Assembly: GCF_004010195.1 (NCBI RefSeq)
Contig: NC_057757.1
Span: 7,907,845-7,955,136, forward strand
Reading direction: 5' to 3'
Length of the DNA stretch: 47,292 nucleotides
Source of the DNA: Chiloscyllium plagiosum
Lineage: Eukaryota
The position numbers were made by a program, and so were the translations under genes. Of the stretch, positions 1 through 11,429 are shown one piece after another (positions within the stretch are counted from its first letter, which is position 1; every line of letters starts with the position of its first letter). The notes beneath the pieces are model-generated. The model had not been told where the DNA came from, did not search any database, and saw nothing but the letters and a program-made list of their open reading frames with translations.

Positions 1-655
1 CACTTTCAAGGAGCTATGAACCTGCACTCCAAGGTCTCTTTGTTCAGCAACACTCCCCAGGTACTTACCATTAAGTGTGTAAGTCCTGCCCTGATTGACT
101 TTTCCAAATTGCAGCACATCGCATTTATCTAGTCATAATATTATCCAGCATGGAAACAGACCCTTTGGTCCAACCAGTCCGTGCTGACCATAATCCCAAA
201 CTAAATTAGTCCCACCTGCCTGCTCCTGGCCCGTATCCCTCCAACCCTTTCCTATTCATCTATTTATCCAAAGTCTTTTAAACATTTTAATTGTCGTCAC
301 ATTCACCACTTCCTCAGGAAATGCATTCCACACTTGACCTGGCCTCTGTGTAAAACATTTGCCTCTCGTGTCGTTTTTAAATCTCTCTCCTCAAAAATGC
401 TCCCCCCAGTCATGAAACCCTTCGTCCTCGGGAAACGGCAATAATTCTATCTATACCTGTAATTGTGTCATAAAGGTCGCTTCTCAACCTCTGTCAGTCC
501 CAGCCTATCCAGCCTTTCTTTATAACGCAAGCCCCTCACACCCGGCAGCATCCTGGTAAGTCTCTTCTGATCCCTCTCCAGCTTAATAGTATCCTTCCGA
601 TGACGGGATGACCAGAACTGGAAGCATTACTCTAAACGAGGCCTCACCAATGTCA
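1..655 (-). mobile_element. CR1-type LINE ORF2/3' fragments (older, degenerate)
   Basis: Reverse complement resembles the CR1 3' copies at 16988-17480 and 44700-45472. Tail 'cagcatggaaacagaccctttgg' at ~146. Confidence 0.8.
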
Positions 656-957
656 TAGAATCATAGAGATGGAACAATTCATCCATGCCGACCAGATATC
701 CCAACCCAATCTATTCCCACCTGCCAGCACCCGGCCCATATCCCTCCAAACCCTTCCTATTCATATACCCATCCAAATGCCTCTTTAATGTTGCAATTGT
801 ACCAGCCTCCACCACATCCTCTGGCAGCTCATTCCATGCACATACCGCCCTCTGTGTGAAAAAGTTGCCCCTTAGGTTCCTTTTAAATCTTTCCCCTCTC
901 ACCCAAACCTATACCCTCTAGTTCTGGACTCCCCCCACCCCCAGAGAAAAGCCCCTG
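655..957 (-). mobile_element. CR1/HER1-type LINE 3' end
   Basis: ORF 711..902 (RGNFFTQRAVCAWNELPEDVVEAGTIATLKRHLDGYM) is the CR1 ORF2 C-terminus. Terminal ctatga repeats are present. Confidence 0.9.
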
Positions 958-1144
958 TACCATCTCGATATAACGTCCCCTAGTTATATTGAAAAGACTA
1001 AATTAAACTCCATCAGCCACACCTCTGATCAGGGTCCCGTTGTGCTCTGAGGTAACCTTCCTATCCACCACCAATCTGCAAATCGTTCCTCCAATATTCA
1101 CTTCTAAATCAGATGTATATGTAATCAAAACTCAAACGTGATTG

Positions 1145-1320
1145 GACGGGACTGGCTCAGGCAGGTTCCCCAATGCAAAAGGGCTTGGGGACTGCATTGT
1201 GAAGGACCCTCCACTGGGGAGCTGTGTCACTGGGGAACGAAACGGTGTCTGTGTGACGGGTGAAGGTGCAGAGGTGGAGAGTGTGCAACAGCAGCCCGTA
1301 CAGGAGGTGCCTCTGTGCAG
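1145..1320 (-). mobile_element. Tx1/L1-clade LINE ORF2 C-terminal relic
   Basis: My minus-strand translation AQRHLLYGLLLHTLHLCTFTRHTDT...PQWRVLHNAVPKPFCIGEP resembles the LYGLLLHTLH..DT.W..W..LY..GDL region of Tx1-type ORF2 (recall). Confidence 0.55.
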
Positions 1321-2125
1321 TGTTATGAAGCTGAAGGCGTGTACTGTACCTTTAAGAGAGCGCAAATGCTGTTTTGCTCTGAAAGCTTACAAGCACCTGT
1401 CATGTGACTAGCCAGCAGCCTCAGAGTGCACTGGAAAATTGGAAATATGTAACATTTGGCTGTGAAACAGATACCTGCATTGGTTGCAACAATTTCAATT
1501 TTACCAATCAGTTTAAATTATGCCCCAGGATACTAAAATCCAATTGCGGGTGAATTTATTGTTTTTGCCAACATTGAACCAATGAGACGATCTGATGTTG
1601 GGGGGATAAAACAACACGCATTTTGAAAGTCAGACAGAGAGTAAACAATCACTGAGAGAAACTGTTATTCCAAAACCCTCAGGTGGTACGGTGGCTCAGT
1701 GGTTAACATTGCTGCCTCACAGTATCATGGTCCCAGGTTCGATTCCAGCCTCAGGCGACTGTCTGTGGAGTTTGCCCATTCTTCCCGTGTCTGCCCGGGT
1801 ATCCTCTGGGGGCTCCAGTTTCCTCCCACAATCCAAAGATGTGCAGTTGGCCATGCTAAATTGCCCATAGTGTTACGTTCATTAGTCAGAGGGAAGTGGG
1901 TCTGGGTGGGTTACTCTTCGGTGTGGACTGGTTGGGCTGAAGGGCCTGTTTCCACACTGTAGGGGATCTAGTCTAATCTCTCTATCAAAAGGGTAGCCTT
2001 CTTGTATGAAACATCTTTGCAGCAAAACCCCGAAGATGACCCAGGGAGGTCTTCATCCAGAGGAAGACAGACACCTGAGATGAGAGCCGCTGTGTGGTTT
2101 TGAAATTTAAGTTGGTGTCACTTCA
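1321..2125 (+). mobile_element. LTR (same family as 6612-7769), interrupted by HE1 and 3'-truncated
   Basis: Starts tgttatgaag...gtgtactg...ttaagagag, like 6612. Shares 'ccaatcagtt.aaattat' with ~7197. Confidence 0.65.
1681..1978 (+). mobile_element. HE1-type SINE
   Basis: A-box ggtggctcagtggtta, B-box ggttcgattcc, LINE-like tail gaagggcctgtttcc. Confidence 0.9.
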
Positions 2126-2166
2126 ATATTGCATTGGAGTCTGAGAGTGTGGCGCTGGAAAAGCAC

Positions 2167-2666
2167 NNNNNNNNNNNNNNNNNNNNNNNNNNNNNNNNNN
2201 NNNNNNNNNNNNNNNNNNNNNNNNNNNNNNNNNNNNNNNNNNNNNNNNNNNNNNNNNNNNNNNNNNNNNNNNNNNNNNNNNNNNNNNNNNNNNNNNNNNN
2301 NNNNNNNNNNNNNNNNNNNNNNNNNNNNNNNNNNNNNNNNNNNNNNNNNNNNNNNNNNNNNNNNNNNNNNNNNNNNNNNNNNNNNNNNNNNNNNNNNNNN
2401 NNNNNNNNNNNNNNNNNNNNNNNNNNNNNNNNNNNNNNNNNNNNNNNNNNNNNNNNNNNNNNNNNNNNNNNNNNNNNNNNNNNNNNNNNNNNNNNNNNNN
2501 NNNNNNNNNNNNNNNNNNNNNNNNNNNNNNNNNNNNNNNNNNNNNNNNNNNNNNNNNNNNNNNNNNNNNNNNNNNNNNNNNNNNNNNNNNNNNNNNNNNN
2601 NNNNNNNNNNNNNNNNNNNNNNNNNNNNNNNNNNNNNNNNNNNNNNNNNNNNNNNNNNNNNNNNNN
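2167..2666. other. assembly gap (500 N)
   Basis: Run of N. Confidence 1.
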
Positions 2667-2915
2667 CAGTGCTGGAAACAGGTCGTTCGGCCCGACAAGT
2701 CCACACCGACCCTCCGTAATGTCTCCCACCCCAGCCCTTTCCCCCACCCAATTACTCTACATTTACTCCTAGCCTTCACATCCCTGGACAGTACGGGCAA
2801 TTTAGCATGGCCAATTCCCCCTGAGCTGCACATCTTTGGATTGTGGGAGGAAACCGGAGCACCCGGAGAAAACCCACGCAGACACGGGGAGAAGGTGAAA
2901 ACTCCACATATGTGG
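2667..2915 (-). mobile_element. HE1-type SINE, partial
   Basis: Reverse complement of the HE1 core (gtgggaggaaaccggagcacccgga) and tail. Confidence 0.85.
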
Positions 2916-2919
2916 ACCA

Positions 2920-3543
2920 ATCCACATCCTCTCAAAACACTTAGAGAAGGCAGCTGAGACCCTAAAGTTTTCTTATCTTAAAGAGAGATGTAATGTGCAT
3001 GTTGCAACTGGTCAAACTACTTGATAATAAGCAAAACGCAATTTATTTAAACACTGCAGTTAAAATTCAAACAAAAAGAAAGAGGAATTTAATATAACAA
3101 CTCTTGGAAAACATAACTGTATAATAGATACAGTACCTATAAGGAACTAACAGTTACAGTGTAATAACTTCCCATAACACACCCTTTGGTAGAAAGGCAA
3201 ATTCCCATACTGATTCTTACATGCAGTTCTCCAATGTGGGAGGAAGAAACATTGAGAGAAGATTCAGAGGGTAACAGAGACCCTGACTGAAGCTTCTAAG
3301 TCTTTCAAGAGCCAAACAGCTTCTGACGCTATTGAGCAAAAAAAACACAATACCCAGAAATCTGGGTCTGTGAGAGCTGACCACACCCATCCCGGCAGCT
3401 TCTATTGTTCGACCTTTGAAAACAACCCCAAGACCTCGCAAGTTGTTTACTCTTCAAGTAACCAATTCGGCACTTCCACCTCGCTTCAAAAACAAAACAA
3501 ACAGGGTGAAATAACATCTTGAAGTGATAGCATCATCGCAACA
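2920..3543 (-). mobile_element. probable LTR (related to 46610-47100)
   Basis: Minus strand begins tgttgcga. Its 'taaataaattgcgttttg...tttgaccagttgca' matches ~47022-47070 on the plus strand. Confidence 0.5.
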
Positions 3544-3575
3544 TGTAAAATTGGAATGGAGAAGGGTTACATTTA

Positions 3576-3893
3576 GGGTGGCACAGTGGCTCAGTGGTTA
3601 GCACTACTACCATACAGTACCATGGTCCCAGATTCGATTCTAGCCTTGGGTGACTGTCTGTGTGGAGTTTGCACATTCTCCCCGTGTCTGCCGGGGTGTG
3701 CTCTGATTCCCTCCCACAGTCCAAAGATGTGCAGATCAGGGTGAATTAGCCACACTAAGTTGCACATAGTGTTAGGTTCATTAGTCAGAGGGGAATGGGT
3801 CTGGGTGGGTTGCTCTTCGGAGGGTCGGTGTGGAGTTGTTGGACCGAAGAGCCTGTTTCCACACTGTAGGGAATCTAATCATCTAATCTAATC
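3576..3893 (+). mobile_element. HE1-type SINE
   Basis: A/B boxes, core, (taatc)n tail. Confidence 0.9.
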
Positions 3894-3894
3894 A

Positions 3895-4260
3895 GCTCAT
3901 TAGGCTTTAGAAGAACGAGAGGCAATCTCACTGAGACAGAAAGGGCTTGACAGACTCAATGCTGAGAGGTTGTTTCACCCTCATGGGAGAGCTCAGACTA
4001 GAGGACACAGTCTCAGTAAAAATAGGGGTGCCAATCTAAGACAGAGCAGAGAAATGTCTTCCCTCATGGAGGTCCTTGTCACAGAGAGCTGTGGGGGTAA
4101 GAGCCCTGGAGTGTATTGAAGGCCGAGATAGATACATTCGGGGAATCGAGGGTTAGAGGGAAAGGGCAGGAAACTGGATGTCAGGAATGTCGGATGATCC
4201 TATTGAATATCGGAGCAGGCTCGAGGGGCCGAAAGGCCTACTCCTGTTCCGCTTTCATAT
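3895..4260 (+). mobile_element. degenerate CR1 3' fragment
   Basis: Similar to the CR1 ORF2 end. Tail ggggccgaaaggcctactcctg. Confidence 0.7.
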
Positions 4261-4335
4261 GGACTCCGTCAACTAGACAGCAGAGTGAGAGGATAACCAG
4301 AACGGGACTCAAAGGGTGGGATGCATCGAGAGGGA

Positions 4336-5530
4336 GCGCCAGCGACCCAGGTTCGATTCCCGCCTCGGGCAACTGTCTGTGTGGAGTTTGCACATTCTCC
4401 CCCGTGTCTGCGTGGGTTTCCTCCGGGTGCTCCGGTTTCCTCCCACAGTCCAAAGATGTGCAGGTTAGGGTGGATTGGCCACGCTAAATTGCCCCGGAGT
4501 TTTCAGGGATGAGGAGGCTGGGTGGATTAGCCAGGGGAAGCAAAGGGTTAAAGGGATGGGGGTTGGGGGGGGGGGGTGCGGTACTTGATGGGCTGAATGG
4601 CCTGTCGGGATTGTCAGGAGGATGCATTCATTTTGAAACTGAGCTGCGAAGGGATTTCTTCGAGAGAGAGAGAGAGGAGTGAATGTTTGTGACTCTGTCC
4701 CCGAGTGGGTTACGGAGGCTACGTCAATGACGTAATTGAGAGGTGGTAGATTGATTTTTGAAATATCTGGGAGCTGAAGGACTAACAGGAGCTGGCTTGA
4801 ACGGCGAATGGAAGACTGGGGCAGTTTGCCCGCTAGCATGGCCAGGCCGGCACGAATGGCCTCCAACTGCTCCTTTTTCTTGAAGAACGGGACAAACATT
4901 GAAAGCGCTAGAGCAACTGTAGCACATCTTTCAGGGCTGAGAAAGCTGTGGTTCGTACACGGCTGGGAGAATCAGTGGTTAGCACTGCTGCCTCCCAGCG
5001 CCAGCCTCAGGGCGACTGTGTGTGGAGTTTGTACATTCTCCCCGTGTCTGCGGGGGTTTCCTCTGAGTACTCTGGTTTCCTCCCACAGTCCAAAGCTGTG
5101 CAGGTCAGGGTGGATTGGCCATGCTAGACTGCCCAGAGTGTTCAGGGATGTGTAGGTCAGGTGCATCAGTCAGGGGCAAATGTAGAGTAATAGGGGAATG
5201 GGTCTGGGTGGGTTACTCTTTGCAGGGTCGGTGTGGACTTGTTGGGCTGAGGTCTAGATTAGAGTGGTGCTGGAAAAGCACAGCAGGTCAGGCAGCATCC
5301 GAGGAGCAGGAAAATCGACGTTTTGGGCAAAAGCCCTTCATCAGGATTCCTGATGAAAGGCTTTTGCCCGAAACATCGATTTTCCTGCTCCTCAGATGCT
5401 GCCTGACCTGCTGTGCTTTTCCAGCACCACTCTAATCTAAACTCTGATCTCCAGCATCTGCACATCTCACTTATGCCTTGTTAGGCCGAAGGGCCTGTTT
5501 TCAAATTGTTGAGATTCTATGACTCTATTC
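4336..5530 (+). mobile_element. composite HE1 + CR1 tail + spacer + HE1 (copy 1)
   Basis: Near-identical inverted copy at 29831-30825 (ORF 4808..5155+ vs 29999..30304-; ORF 4465..4899- vs 30213..30497+). Confidence 0.85.
5251..5476. mobile_element. short Penelope-type element, inverted dimer with hammerhead-like cores
   Basis: ~92-bp arms (5255-5439) centred on 5347. ctgatga-aaggcttttgccc-gaaac at 5350-5374. Flanking duplication 5238-5250/5477-5489. Confidence 0.75.
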
Positions 5531-6611
5531 TAAAGGGGGAGGAGGAACAAGTGGAACAGCAGGTGAGGTACCCAGAGCAAAATGAAAGGGAGTATTAACA
5601 GTAGTGAAGGAGCGTTATGGGGAAAGAGTCGGTGTTAATAGCAGAGAATATGTGAGCCCTACAGAGGGCAAACTCACACATGCAAGGCACGAGGAGAGGA
5701 ATGGGCAGGTAACCGAAATGGATGACCAAGCTCATGCCTTGGCTCATTGTTGTGTCGTGAATGCTATAAATGGACAACGCGTCATCAGCTTTGAGTTGGG
5801 CTTTGTTGGCACACCACAGTGGACCCAGGACCGAAACCCTCGCTTGATAGCATGATGCTGTCCTCTACAGGTGAGCCAGCCGAAGGTCACGGGGCTCTTA
5901 AGGGATCAGTTTTGGAAGGAGATGAACATCAGCACCTACCCAACAGTTCAAATGTAGGCCAGTGCATAACTTAGCAAATTCAAAGCCCCTGTATTAAAGG
6001 TAATACAGTAATTAGCATATCTTTGATCTTTGCAACGCTTGAAGAAACCAAATTTGTTTTGCTCATGGAAGATACTTACGACATTAACACATGCAATTAG
6101 CAACTCGGGAAATGACTGTCTTGGTTCAGCCCATTGAGATGTACACCACAGGGAAAGGCAAAAACAAGTGCAGAATCATACCAATCCCATTCTCAATTTG
6201 CAAAATGGTTTAATTGTAGCAATGGGGCTTCCAAGGAAAAGAGACCATCAAAAGGTCCAGAACTTGACACTGACTCCGAAAATCATTTTGCGAACAGTGG
6301 TTAGCACTGCTGGAGTTGAATCAGGGTATATGTAAGGGATCGCATTTTGGTAAGTCAAACCAGGGCAGGACTTATCCTGTATGGTCTTGGGGCGTGTTAC
6401 AGAACAAACAGATCTAGGACTACTGTTTCATAGGCCACAGATCGACAGGGCGTGAGGAAGGCCTTTGGCATGTTTGCTCTCATCGGTCACAGCGTTGAGT
6501 ACAGGAGTTGGGACATCATGTTACAGCTGTACAAGATATCGGTGAGGCTACATTCAGAGTACTGTGTGCAGTTCTGGTCACCCCACCGTAGACAGGATAT
6601 AATTACACTGG

Positions 6612-7769
6612 TGTTATGAAGGTGTGGGTGTACTGCATCATTAAGAGAGTTAAAAGTGAACACAACTACCTGACACAGCACCAAATGTTCTGAAAAAGAT
6701 ACTAGAATTAGATTGCCTACAGCGTGGAAACAGGCCATTTGGCCCAACAAGTCCATACCGACCCTCCGAAAAGTAACCCACCCAGACCCATTCCCCCACC
6801 CTATGTTTACCCCTGACTTATGTATTTAACCTACACATCCCTGAACACTCTGGGCAATTTAGCATGGCCAATCCACCCTAACCTGCAATATCCCTGAACA
6901 CTCTGGGCAATTTAGCATGGCCAATCCACCCTAACCTGTATATCCCTGAACACTCTGGGCAATTTAGCATGGCCAATCCACCCTAACCTGCACATATTTG
7001 TAGTGTGGGAGGAAACCGGAGCATCCGGAAGAAGCCCACACAGTCACCCGAGGTGGGAATCGAACCCATTTCCTGGCACTGTGAGGCAGCAGTGCTAACC
7101 ACTGAGCCATTGTGCCACCCCTTAATAATGTAACACTTGGTCAAACAACTTGATTAGTTGGTTGCCTGGAGACGACAAAGCAGATTTGAATTAGACCAAT
7201 CAGTTCAAATTATACCACAAAAAGATACCAAACTCCAATCCAGTTTCAATTGAGTATATTGAACAATCTTAAAAGCTAATGACACAATCCGATGCTTTGG
7301 GGGGGGGGGGTGGTATAAGGCTGGGAAAATTTAACAGTTGAGGGGAGAACTGCCAAGCCACCAGTATCTTCAGCCTGCCCAGAGAATAGCTCTCTTAAAG
7401 GTACCTTTATCGATCAGTTACCTGTGAAACAGAAATCCCTAGGAAGAAGAAAAGAAGACTGACAAAGAGAAGATTCAACATCTGGCTGGTTTCAAAAACT
7501 TGAATTTTTGGTAAATCTTAATGGGGGGGGGGGAGTGGGTTTATTGGACTAGTATTGTAGAAGGGAAAGGTAAAAGATAGGTTAGAGGAAGGAGTTGTAA
7601 ATAGTTATTAGTTAATTATTCTCAGTCAGACTTTAAGAAATAAAGTTGTTACTTTTTATTTTAAATAGTTCTTGACCTCTTGAATTTTCACAGATTACTG
7701 TACGGGATAAATCTTTTCTGTGCTGCTGGTTTAAATTAAGCAAGAGGGTTTACCTCGTTTCTAGTAACA
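6612..7769 (+). mobile_element. solo LTR
   Basis: TGTTA...TAACA termini, 4-bp flanks ctgg/ctag, CCAAT boxes, aataaa near the 3' end. Confidence 0.8.
6706..7121 (-). mobile_element. HE1-type SINE with internal ~53-bp triplication
   Basis: HE1 reverse complement. ctgaacactctgggcaatttagcatggccaatccaccctaacctg at 6841, 6894 and 6946. Confidence 0.9.
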
Positions 7770-8254
7770 CTAGAAAGAGTGCAGAAAAGATTTACTAGGG
7801 TGCTTAATAGACTGGGAGGTATGAGTTATGAAGAGAGGCAAGATGGGCTGGGACTTTTTTTTCCTTGGAGCGTGGGAGACTGAGGGGTGACCTTACAGAG
7901 GTGTATAAAATCATGAGAGGCATAGATAAGGCTGACAGCTTTTCCCCAGGGCAGGGGAGTCTAAAACCAGAGGGCATAGGTTGAAGGTGAGAGGGGAGAG
8001 ATACAAAAGGGTCCAGAAGGGACAATGTTTTTTCACATGGAGGGTGGTGAGTGTCTGGAATAGGCTGCCCGAGGTTGTGGTGAAGCCAAGTACAATTCTG
8101 TAATTTAAGAACAATTCGCACATGGATGGGAGAGGTCGGGAAGGATATGGACCAGGCACAGGCAAAATGGGAATAGATTGGTTGTGGAAACTGGGCGGCA
8201 TGGGGAAGTTGGGCTGAAGGGCCTCTTTCTGTGTCTGTAAACATCTATGACCCA

Positions 8255-8490
8255 CAGCACCTGGGACTCAGGTTCGATCCCAGCCTTGGGCGACCGGCTG
8301 TGTGGAGTCTGCACATGAATTTCCTCACACAGTCCAAAGGTGTGCATGTTCGGCATCCACCCATGTGCCAATTAGCTGGGTTAGCCATGGTTAAAATCTC
8401 CATGTAGGGGTAAGGGGATGTTGTGGAGGTGGTGAGTCTAAGTGGGATGTTTGTGGAGATGAGCCAAATGGCCTCTTTCTGTACTGTGGG
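8255..8490 (+). mobile_element. degenerate HE1-type SINE
   Basis: B-box ggttcgatcc and core remnants. Confidence 0.7.
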
Positions 8491-9379
8491 GATGTAATGA
8501 TTTTATTTAAAAATTCAAAAATACAAAGTGAAATCTGGCTGGATGGCTGAGATTGCCTGGAAAAGGAAAACACGCACAAAAAGATATTATAACAGACAAA
8601 CACTGGTTAAGGAACTAATAGAAGTGGAAAATCCCTTTGGAATTTCTAACTTGCAAAAAAATGGCCTGACTGCGATTTTTTAGATTAGATTTTAGATTAG
8701 ATTCCTTGCAGTGTGGAAACAGGCCCTTCGGCCTGACAAGCCTATACCGACCCTTTTATATGCAGAGTAACAACTAGTCTTCGATGAAGGGAGGAAATCC
8801 AAGTTTCTCAGACTCACTGTAACCTCACTCTTGAGCTGATTGTATAATCTGGGAATCACTGGCTAGATCATTATTTATTGAGCGTGCTCATTCCCCTAGA
8901 GGGATGTTAAGAGTCGACGGCGCACGCAGGCATTGTTTTGACCAGCCAAGGGGACTTTCTGTGTGCTGTGGACTTCGATGACTCCATTGCTGTGGGGCCA
9001 TATGTAGGCCAGACTAGGCCAGGGTGGCAGATTCCCTTCCACTGGGGAAACAGATGGGCTTTTAATGACGTGTAGCTCTTTATTTCAGGTTTTTATTGAA
9101 TTTAAGTTTGTTATTACTGACTGTGGGGAGAGTCGACTGTAGTAAATGCGGGGCTGGTGAAATGATAAAGGGGAATAAAGAGGTATTAAAGAAATATTTA
9201 GTGTTGGTCAACAGAAATGTTTGCAACGCTGTGTTAAAACCTTGGACCTCACTCCCTAATGGCATTGTGTGTCCACATGTCTCAGATAAACTGTACTGAT
9301 TGAAGAAAGCTGCTCACCATCACCTTCTCAAGGGTAACTGGGAATGGGTTATAAGTACTGGCACAGCCAGCACGGAGTC

Positions 9380-9690
9380 ACAGAATCCCTTTCGGCCCAT
9401 CGAGTCCACACTGACCCACCAAATAGCATCCCACCCAGAGCCATCCCACTACCCTATTCCCTGCACTTACTCTGACCAACCCACCTCGCCTGCATACCCC
9501 TGGGCACTACGAGTGTTTTAGCCCAGCCAATCCACACTGACTTGCACATCTTTGGACTGTGAGAGGTAGCCAGAGCACCCACACAAGGGGGAAGTGCAAA
9601 CTCCACACAGACAGTCACCCATGGGTGGAATTGAACCCAGGTCCCTGGCGCTATGAGGCAGCTGTGCTAGCCACTGAGCCACTGTGCCAT
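9380..9690 (-). mobile_element. HE1-type SINE
   Basis: Reverse-complement A/B boxes and core. Confidence 0.85.
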
Positions 9691-9937
9691 CTGTACACTC
9701 CAGTATGTGGTATATCTCACCCCACCATGTGATGTACCACACCATAACATGTGATCTACCTCACTCCAGCAGGGGGAGGCAAGGACCGTGTGGTATTATC
9801 CCTGGACTGTTAATCCAGAGACCTGGGTAACGTTCCGAGGATGTGGTTTCAAATCCTTCCTGATGGTGGAATCCATTTTTTTAAAAATATGGAATTGAGA
9901 AAAGAGTCTAATGCTGATTAAGAATCCAATTGCCAAG

Positions 9938-10228
9938 GTGGTATGGTGGCTCAGTGGTTAGCACTGCTGCCTCACAGCACCAGGGACCTGGGTTCGAGTC
10001 CAGCCTCGGGCAACTGTCTGTGTGGGTTTCCTCCGGGTGCTCCAGTTTCCTCCCACAGCCCCACGGTATGCAGGTCAGGGTGAATTGGTCATGCCAAATT
10101 GCCCATAGTGTTCAGAGCGCAGTAGTCAGGGAAACGTAAAGTATTGGGAGATGGGTCTGGGTGGGATACTTTGGAGGGTCATTGTTGACTTCTTGGGCCT
10201 AATGTTTCCTCACTGTAGGGATTCTATT
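9938..10228 (+). mobile_element. HE1-type SINE
   Basis: A/B boxes, core, tail. Confidence 0.9.
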
Positions 10229-10241
10229 AAAGGGCAGAATC

Positions 10242-10586
10242 ATGGCTCAGTGGTTAGCACTGCTGCCTCCCAGCGCCAGGGACCTGGGTTCGATTCCAGC
10301 CTCAGGCGACTGTCTGCGTGGAGATTGCACGTTCTCCCCCTGTCTGTGTGGGTGCTCCTCTGGGTGCTCCAGTTTCCTCCCACACTCTAAAGATGTGCAG
10401 GTTAGGGTGGATTGGCCAGAGATGTTAGGATGAATTGGCCATGCTAAGTGTTCAGGGATGAGTCGTTAGGTGCATTAGCTAGGGGTAATTGTCGGAGAAT
10501 GGGTCTGGATTGGATACTCTTCGGAGGGTCAGTGTGGACTTGTTGGGCCGAAGGGCCTGTTTCCGCACTGTAGGGATGCTATGATT
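10242..10586 (+). mobile_element. HE1-type SINE
   Basis: A/B boxes, core, tail. Confidence 0.9.
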
Positions 10587-10799
10587 TCAGGAAAAACCCA
10601 TCTGGCTCAGCAATGCCCTTTTGAAAAGGAAACTGCCATCCTTACCCAGTCTGGCTTACATGTGATTCATGGCAATGTGGTTGACTGTTAACTGACCCCT
10701 GGGCAATTAGGGATGGGCAGTGAATGCTGGCCGAGCCAGCGATGCTCACACATTGTGCGTGAACAAGAAAAAATCAATGTCATAGATCTCACTCCAACG

Positions 10800-11320
10800 T
10801 GATGTACCTCATCCACGCGTGTGAGAAACTGCGCCTCAACCTTTTGATATTGTGAGTCGATCTTTGCAGAATATCCTTTCTGAAACTCCTTCAGTAAAGA
10901 CTGACAAGTCATTCATAATCCGAGATCTTTCATTCCTCAAAGAATGATTTCGACGTATTGCAGTTGGGCACCATGAGTTGACCATCCATCTCGCCAATAG
11001 CGCCGTCCCTATTCGACCTATAAGGTGTTACCTATCATGCTTTTCCATCGATGATTTATCTGTTTGAATTTCCGCTATGAATGCCAAAAACCTGTTTATC
11101 AGCCTCTGTCAGATAGGATTCTGCATAAAATATCTGCCGTTGCCTGGTATCTCCCTTGTCTGTGGTTAAACTGTATCTGATCGAATACGGTCTGAAGTAT
11201 TGAATGCAAGTTAGTGTTTTTGTAATTTTCTTCGAATTGCGAAGGGAAACTGACGGTTTGAGATCTGTTCCAAGCGTAAACCTTCGCCCCACAATCCAGG
11301 AGCTCCTCATGTGCACTCCT
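10800..11320 (-). mobile_element. Gypsy/Ty3 pol relic (RNase H C-terminus to integrase N-terminus), frameshifted
   Basis: WIVGRRFTLGTDLKPSVSL...CIQYFRPYSIRYS and QGRYQATADILCR correspond to the Gypsy motifs FTLETDHKPL...RIQRFRLRL.RY...PGK...ADALSR. Confidence 0.8.
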
Positions 11321-11429
11321 CGTTGCGAGGTTCTCTCGTTTGGACTGCAAGAGAATAAATCGCTGGCTTTCTAGATGGCATGAAGGGAGTGCACAGGGTG
11401 ACTCAGAAGCTCAGGCGAAAGGATCTCTA

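Larger units (their letters stand above)
6330..8251 (+). mobile_element. CR1 3' fragment split by a solo LTR
   Basis: ...caggatataattacactgg | ctagaaagagtgcagaaaagatttac... rejoins into contiguous CR1 ORF2 sequence. Confidence 0.8.
9785..10765 (+). mobile_element. older SINE (SacSINE1/DeuSINE-like) split by two HE1 copies
   Basis: Head ggtattatccctggactgttaatccagagacc (9792). Resumes at ~10590 (aaaaacccatctgg...gggcaattagggatgggca). Family assignment from recall. Confidence 0.6.

Noticed and set aside
1681..1760. tRNA genes at the A/B-box motifs
   Set aside because: These are SINE heads followed by the HE1 core and tail; no full cloverleaf is evident.
2107..2935. Long ORFs of 196-270 aa (also 13100-13766 and 26231-27083)
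   Set aside because: Artefacts of translating through N gaps.
5870..6150. Splice-like signals (ctctacag|gtgagc on +; gtc|gtaagt on -)
   Set aside because: Stops in all plus frames before the next good donor, and no suitable AG acceptor for the minus candidate.
10807..11345. Apparent minus-strand host exons (ttctcttgcag acceptor at ~11345; SLLKEFQKG...TRVDE|gtacat)
   Set aside because: The region is better explained as frameshifted Gypsy pol.
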